Positions 58,104 through 59,694 of a stretch of 59,694 bases of DNA are shown in pieces. The notes beneath the pieces are model-generated. The model was not told where the DNA came from and did no database searches. It was given only the letters and a program-made list of their open reading frames with translations. Location of the stretch: NCBI GenBank assembly GCA_964014165.1, contig CAXGZM010000001.1, positions 1-59,694 on the forward strand, written 5' to 3'. The DNA comes from an uncultured euryarchaeote (GTDB lineage: Archaea > Thermoplasmatota > Poseidoniia > Poseidoniales > Poseidoniaceae). Each line of letters begins with the position of its first letter. Positions within the stretch are counted from its first letter, which is position 1. The position numbers and the translations under genes were made by a program.

Positions 58104-59694
58104 TCTTCCGCCCCCTTGGCTTCAGCAGACCACAGTTTCTCCTTGAGGGACGGTCCGTCGTGCTTGTGATGCCCGAACTCTTCGTTCTTGTCGTGCTGCG
58201 TTGGAATGTCGTGGAACGACGGGGTGGGTGGAGGTGAGGTGGTGGACCACTCGAGCGACCATCCGCCCCACGGGTCCTTGCCAACGGGCTCGCCTCGACG
58301 GGCCGAGTAGAGGATGTTCCACACCAGCAGGAGCTGGCTGATACCGAAGATGAAGGCAAAGGTGGACACCGCCATGTTGTACTCGGCGAAGCCGGACTCG
58401 ATGGTGTAGGTGTGGGTTCGTCGAGGCATCCCCATGATACCAAGGGCGTGCATGGGCCAGAAGGCTGCGTTGTAGGAGGCAAAGCCGATGAGGAAGTGCC
58501 AGAGGCCGAGGGTTTCGTTCAACTTTCGGCCGGTGGCCTTGGGGTACCAGTAGTAAACGGCGGAGAACAGTGCAAAGACGGTACCGCCGATGAACACGTA
58601 GTGGAAGTGCGCCACCACGAAGTACGAATCGTGGAAGTGGATGTCAAGACCGGCCACGGGGAAGAACATGCCCGAGATACCGCCGAGGGTAAAGGTGACC
58701 AGGAAGCCCAGCGACCACAAAGTGTGGGTCTTCATGACGAGCGAACCGCCCCAAAGGGTGGCCAGCCAGTTGAAGATCTTCGCACCGGTCGGGATGGCGA
58801 CGAGCATGGTCATGATCATGAACAGCGCACGCCAGAACGGATCCATGCCGGAAGTCAGCATGTGGTGGCCCCAGACGATGAAGCCGACGATGCCGATACC
58901 GGCCATGGCGAACACCATGGACTTGTAGCCGAAGATGGAACGTCGAGCCGAGGTGGCAAGCACTTCGGAAACGATACCGAAGGCTGGAACGATGACCACG
59001 TAGACTTCGGGGTGGCCGAAGAACCAGAACAGGTGTTGGAAGAGCAACGGGTCGCCGCCAGCCACGAAGAACTGCGTTCCAATGGTGTGGTCGAACAGCA
59101 GGAAGGCTACGCCGATGATGAGGGCAGGCAGGGACATGAAGAGCATGAACACGCTGATGAAGACCGACCAAGTGAACAAGGGCATCTTCATCCAGGTGAC
59201 ACCGGGCGCACGCATCGTGAACACGGTGGTGATGAAGTTCACGCCACCCAAGGTCGAGGACGCACCGAGCATGAGCATGCCCGAGATGAACGCCGTTGTA
59301 CCGGGGTTGGAACCGTAATCGGCGAGGGTGGAGCCCAGGTTGGCCTCGTTGAGCGAGGAGTAGGGCGGGTACATGACCCACGTGATGTCAGCGCCTTCAC
59401 CCGAAAAGACGCCGGTGAAGATGAGCGGTGCGGAGAAGACGAGCAGCCACAGGCCCATGGCGTTGATGCGGGGGAAGGCCAGGTCTTTGGCACCGATTTG
59501 AAGCGGGAGGACGTAGTTCATGAAGCCAGCAATCATCGGCATGGCAGCCAAGAAAATCATCGTCGTGCCGTGGAGCGTGAAGAAGGAGTTGTACTCGTCG
59601 TAGGTCAAGAAGTCGTTCTCCGGCAGGGCCAGTTGAATGCGGAACAGCAAGGCCAACAATCCACCAACGAGGAAGAAGAAGAACCCGAACAGGA
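58100..59694 (-). CDS. ctaD: heme-copper oxidase subunit I (5' end beyond the window)
   Basis: HGTTMIFL, WFFGHPEVY, HHMLT, VAHFHYV. The frame stays open to the window edge (LFGFFFFLVGGLLALLFRIQLA), so the track Met at 59659 is not the start. Confidence 0.9.
   Translation of the reverse strand, partial: LFGFFFFLVGGLLALLFRIQLALPENDFLTYDEYNSFFTLHGTTMIFLAAMPMIAGFMNYVLPLQIGAKDLAFPRINAMGLWLLVFSAPLIFTGVFSGEGADITWVMYPPYSSLNEANLGSTLADYGSNPGTTAFISGMLMLGASSTLGGVNFITTVFTMRAPGVTWMKMPLFTWSVFISVFMLFMSLPALIIGVAFLLFDHTIGTQFFVAGGDPLLFQHLFWFFGHPEVYVVIVPAFGIVSEVLATSARRSIFGYKSMVFAMAGIGIVGFIVWGHHMLTSGMDPFWRALFMIMTMLVAIPTGAKIFNWLATLWGGSLVMKTHTLWSLGFLVTFTLGGISGMFFPVAGLDIHFHDSYFVVAHFHYVFIGGTVFALFSAVYYWYPKATGRKLNETLGLWHFLIGFASYNAAFWPMHALGIMGMPRRTHTYTIESGFAEYNMAVSTFAFIFGISQLLLVWNILYSARRGEPVGKDPWGGWSLEWSTTSPPPTPSFHDIPTQHDKNEEFGHHKHDGPSLKEKLWSAEAKGAEE

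Noticed and set aside
1-59694. Search for CRISPR arrays, transposases/integrases, prophage or toxin-antitoxin/restriction-type defence genes, including around tRNA-Ser as a possible integration site
   Set aside because: I found no direct-repeat/spacer pattern, no DDE or tyrosine-recombinase motifs and no duplicated tRNA 3' fragment flanking 54376-54461. The only nuclease-fold and STAND proteins are isolated single genes without partner defence genes, so a defence-island interpretation is not supported.

Overview
Gene-dense 59.7-kb chromosomal window with about 49 protein genes, one tRNA and almost no non-coding DNA; many genes share start/stop overlaps. The information-processing genes are archaeal: DNA polymerase D large subunit DP2, primase PriL, RNA polymerase subunit D, and an S13-S4-S11 operon. 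An MptE-like kinase, a pantoate-kinase-like GHMP kinase and a DUF373 protein point the same way. Many metabolic genes are bacterial-type: LeuRS collinear with E. coli LeuRS, a fused RibD, a PlsC-like acyltransferase, a DAG-kinase-like lipid kinase, and a heme-copper oxidase with SCO1. This mix, the roughly 55-60% GC and two giant Ca-binding surface proteins fit an aerobic planktonic Thermoplasmatota-like (Marine Group II/III-like) archaeon. That taxonomic call is inference only.

Layout:
- 1-12.3 kb: surface-glycopolymer locus of two convergent, translationally coupled operons plus a sugar dehydrogenase and an MBOAT/DltD-like pair.
- 12.3-18.9 kb: housekeeping genes (Thr-synthase-like, BolA plus CGFS glutaredoxin, Rpe, thioredoxin) and a flippase/GT4 pair.
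- 18.9-32.3 kb: a wHTH/NB-ARC-type STAND ATPase divergent from a 1143-aa WD40 plus thrombospondin-type-3 (TSP3) surface protein, a membrane-tethered double-wHTH protein, LeuRS, and a second TSP3 giant.
- 32.3-52.8 kb: mostly housekeeping, including a CDIN1/C15orf41-like PD-(D/E)xK nuclease.
- 52.8-59.7 kb: lipoprotein, tRNA-Ser(UGA), and a cox cluster whose SCO1 and subunit III have unusual architectures. Subunit I runs off the window.

I found no CRISPR array, transposase, integrase or recognisable defence gene. The best novelty candidates are the decorated acidic-glycopolymer locus (1-12265), the STAND/giant adhesin/membrane-tethered regulator neighbourhood (18960-26662), the archaeal CDIN1-like nuclease, and the remodelled SCO1/CoxIII proteins. 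All family assignments come from motif recognition by eye and need HMM or structure confirmation.
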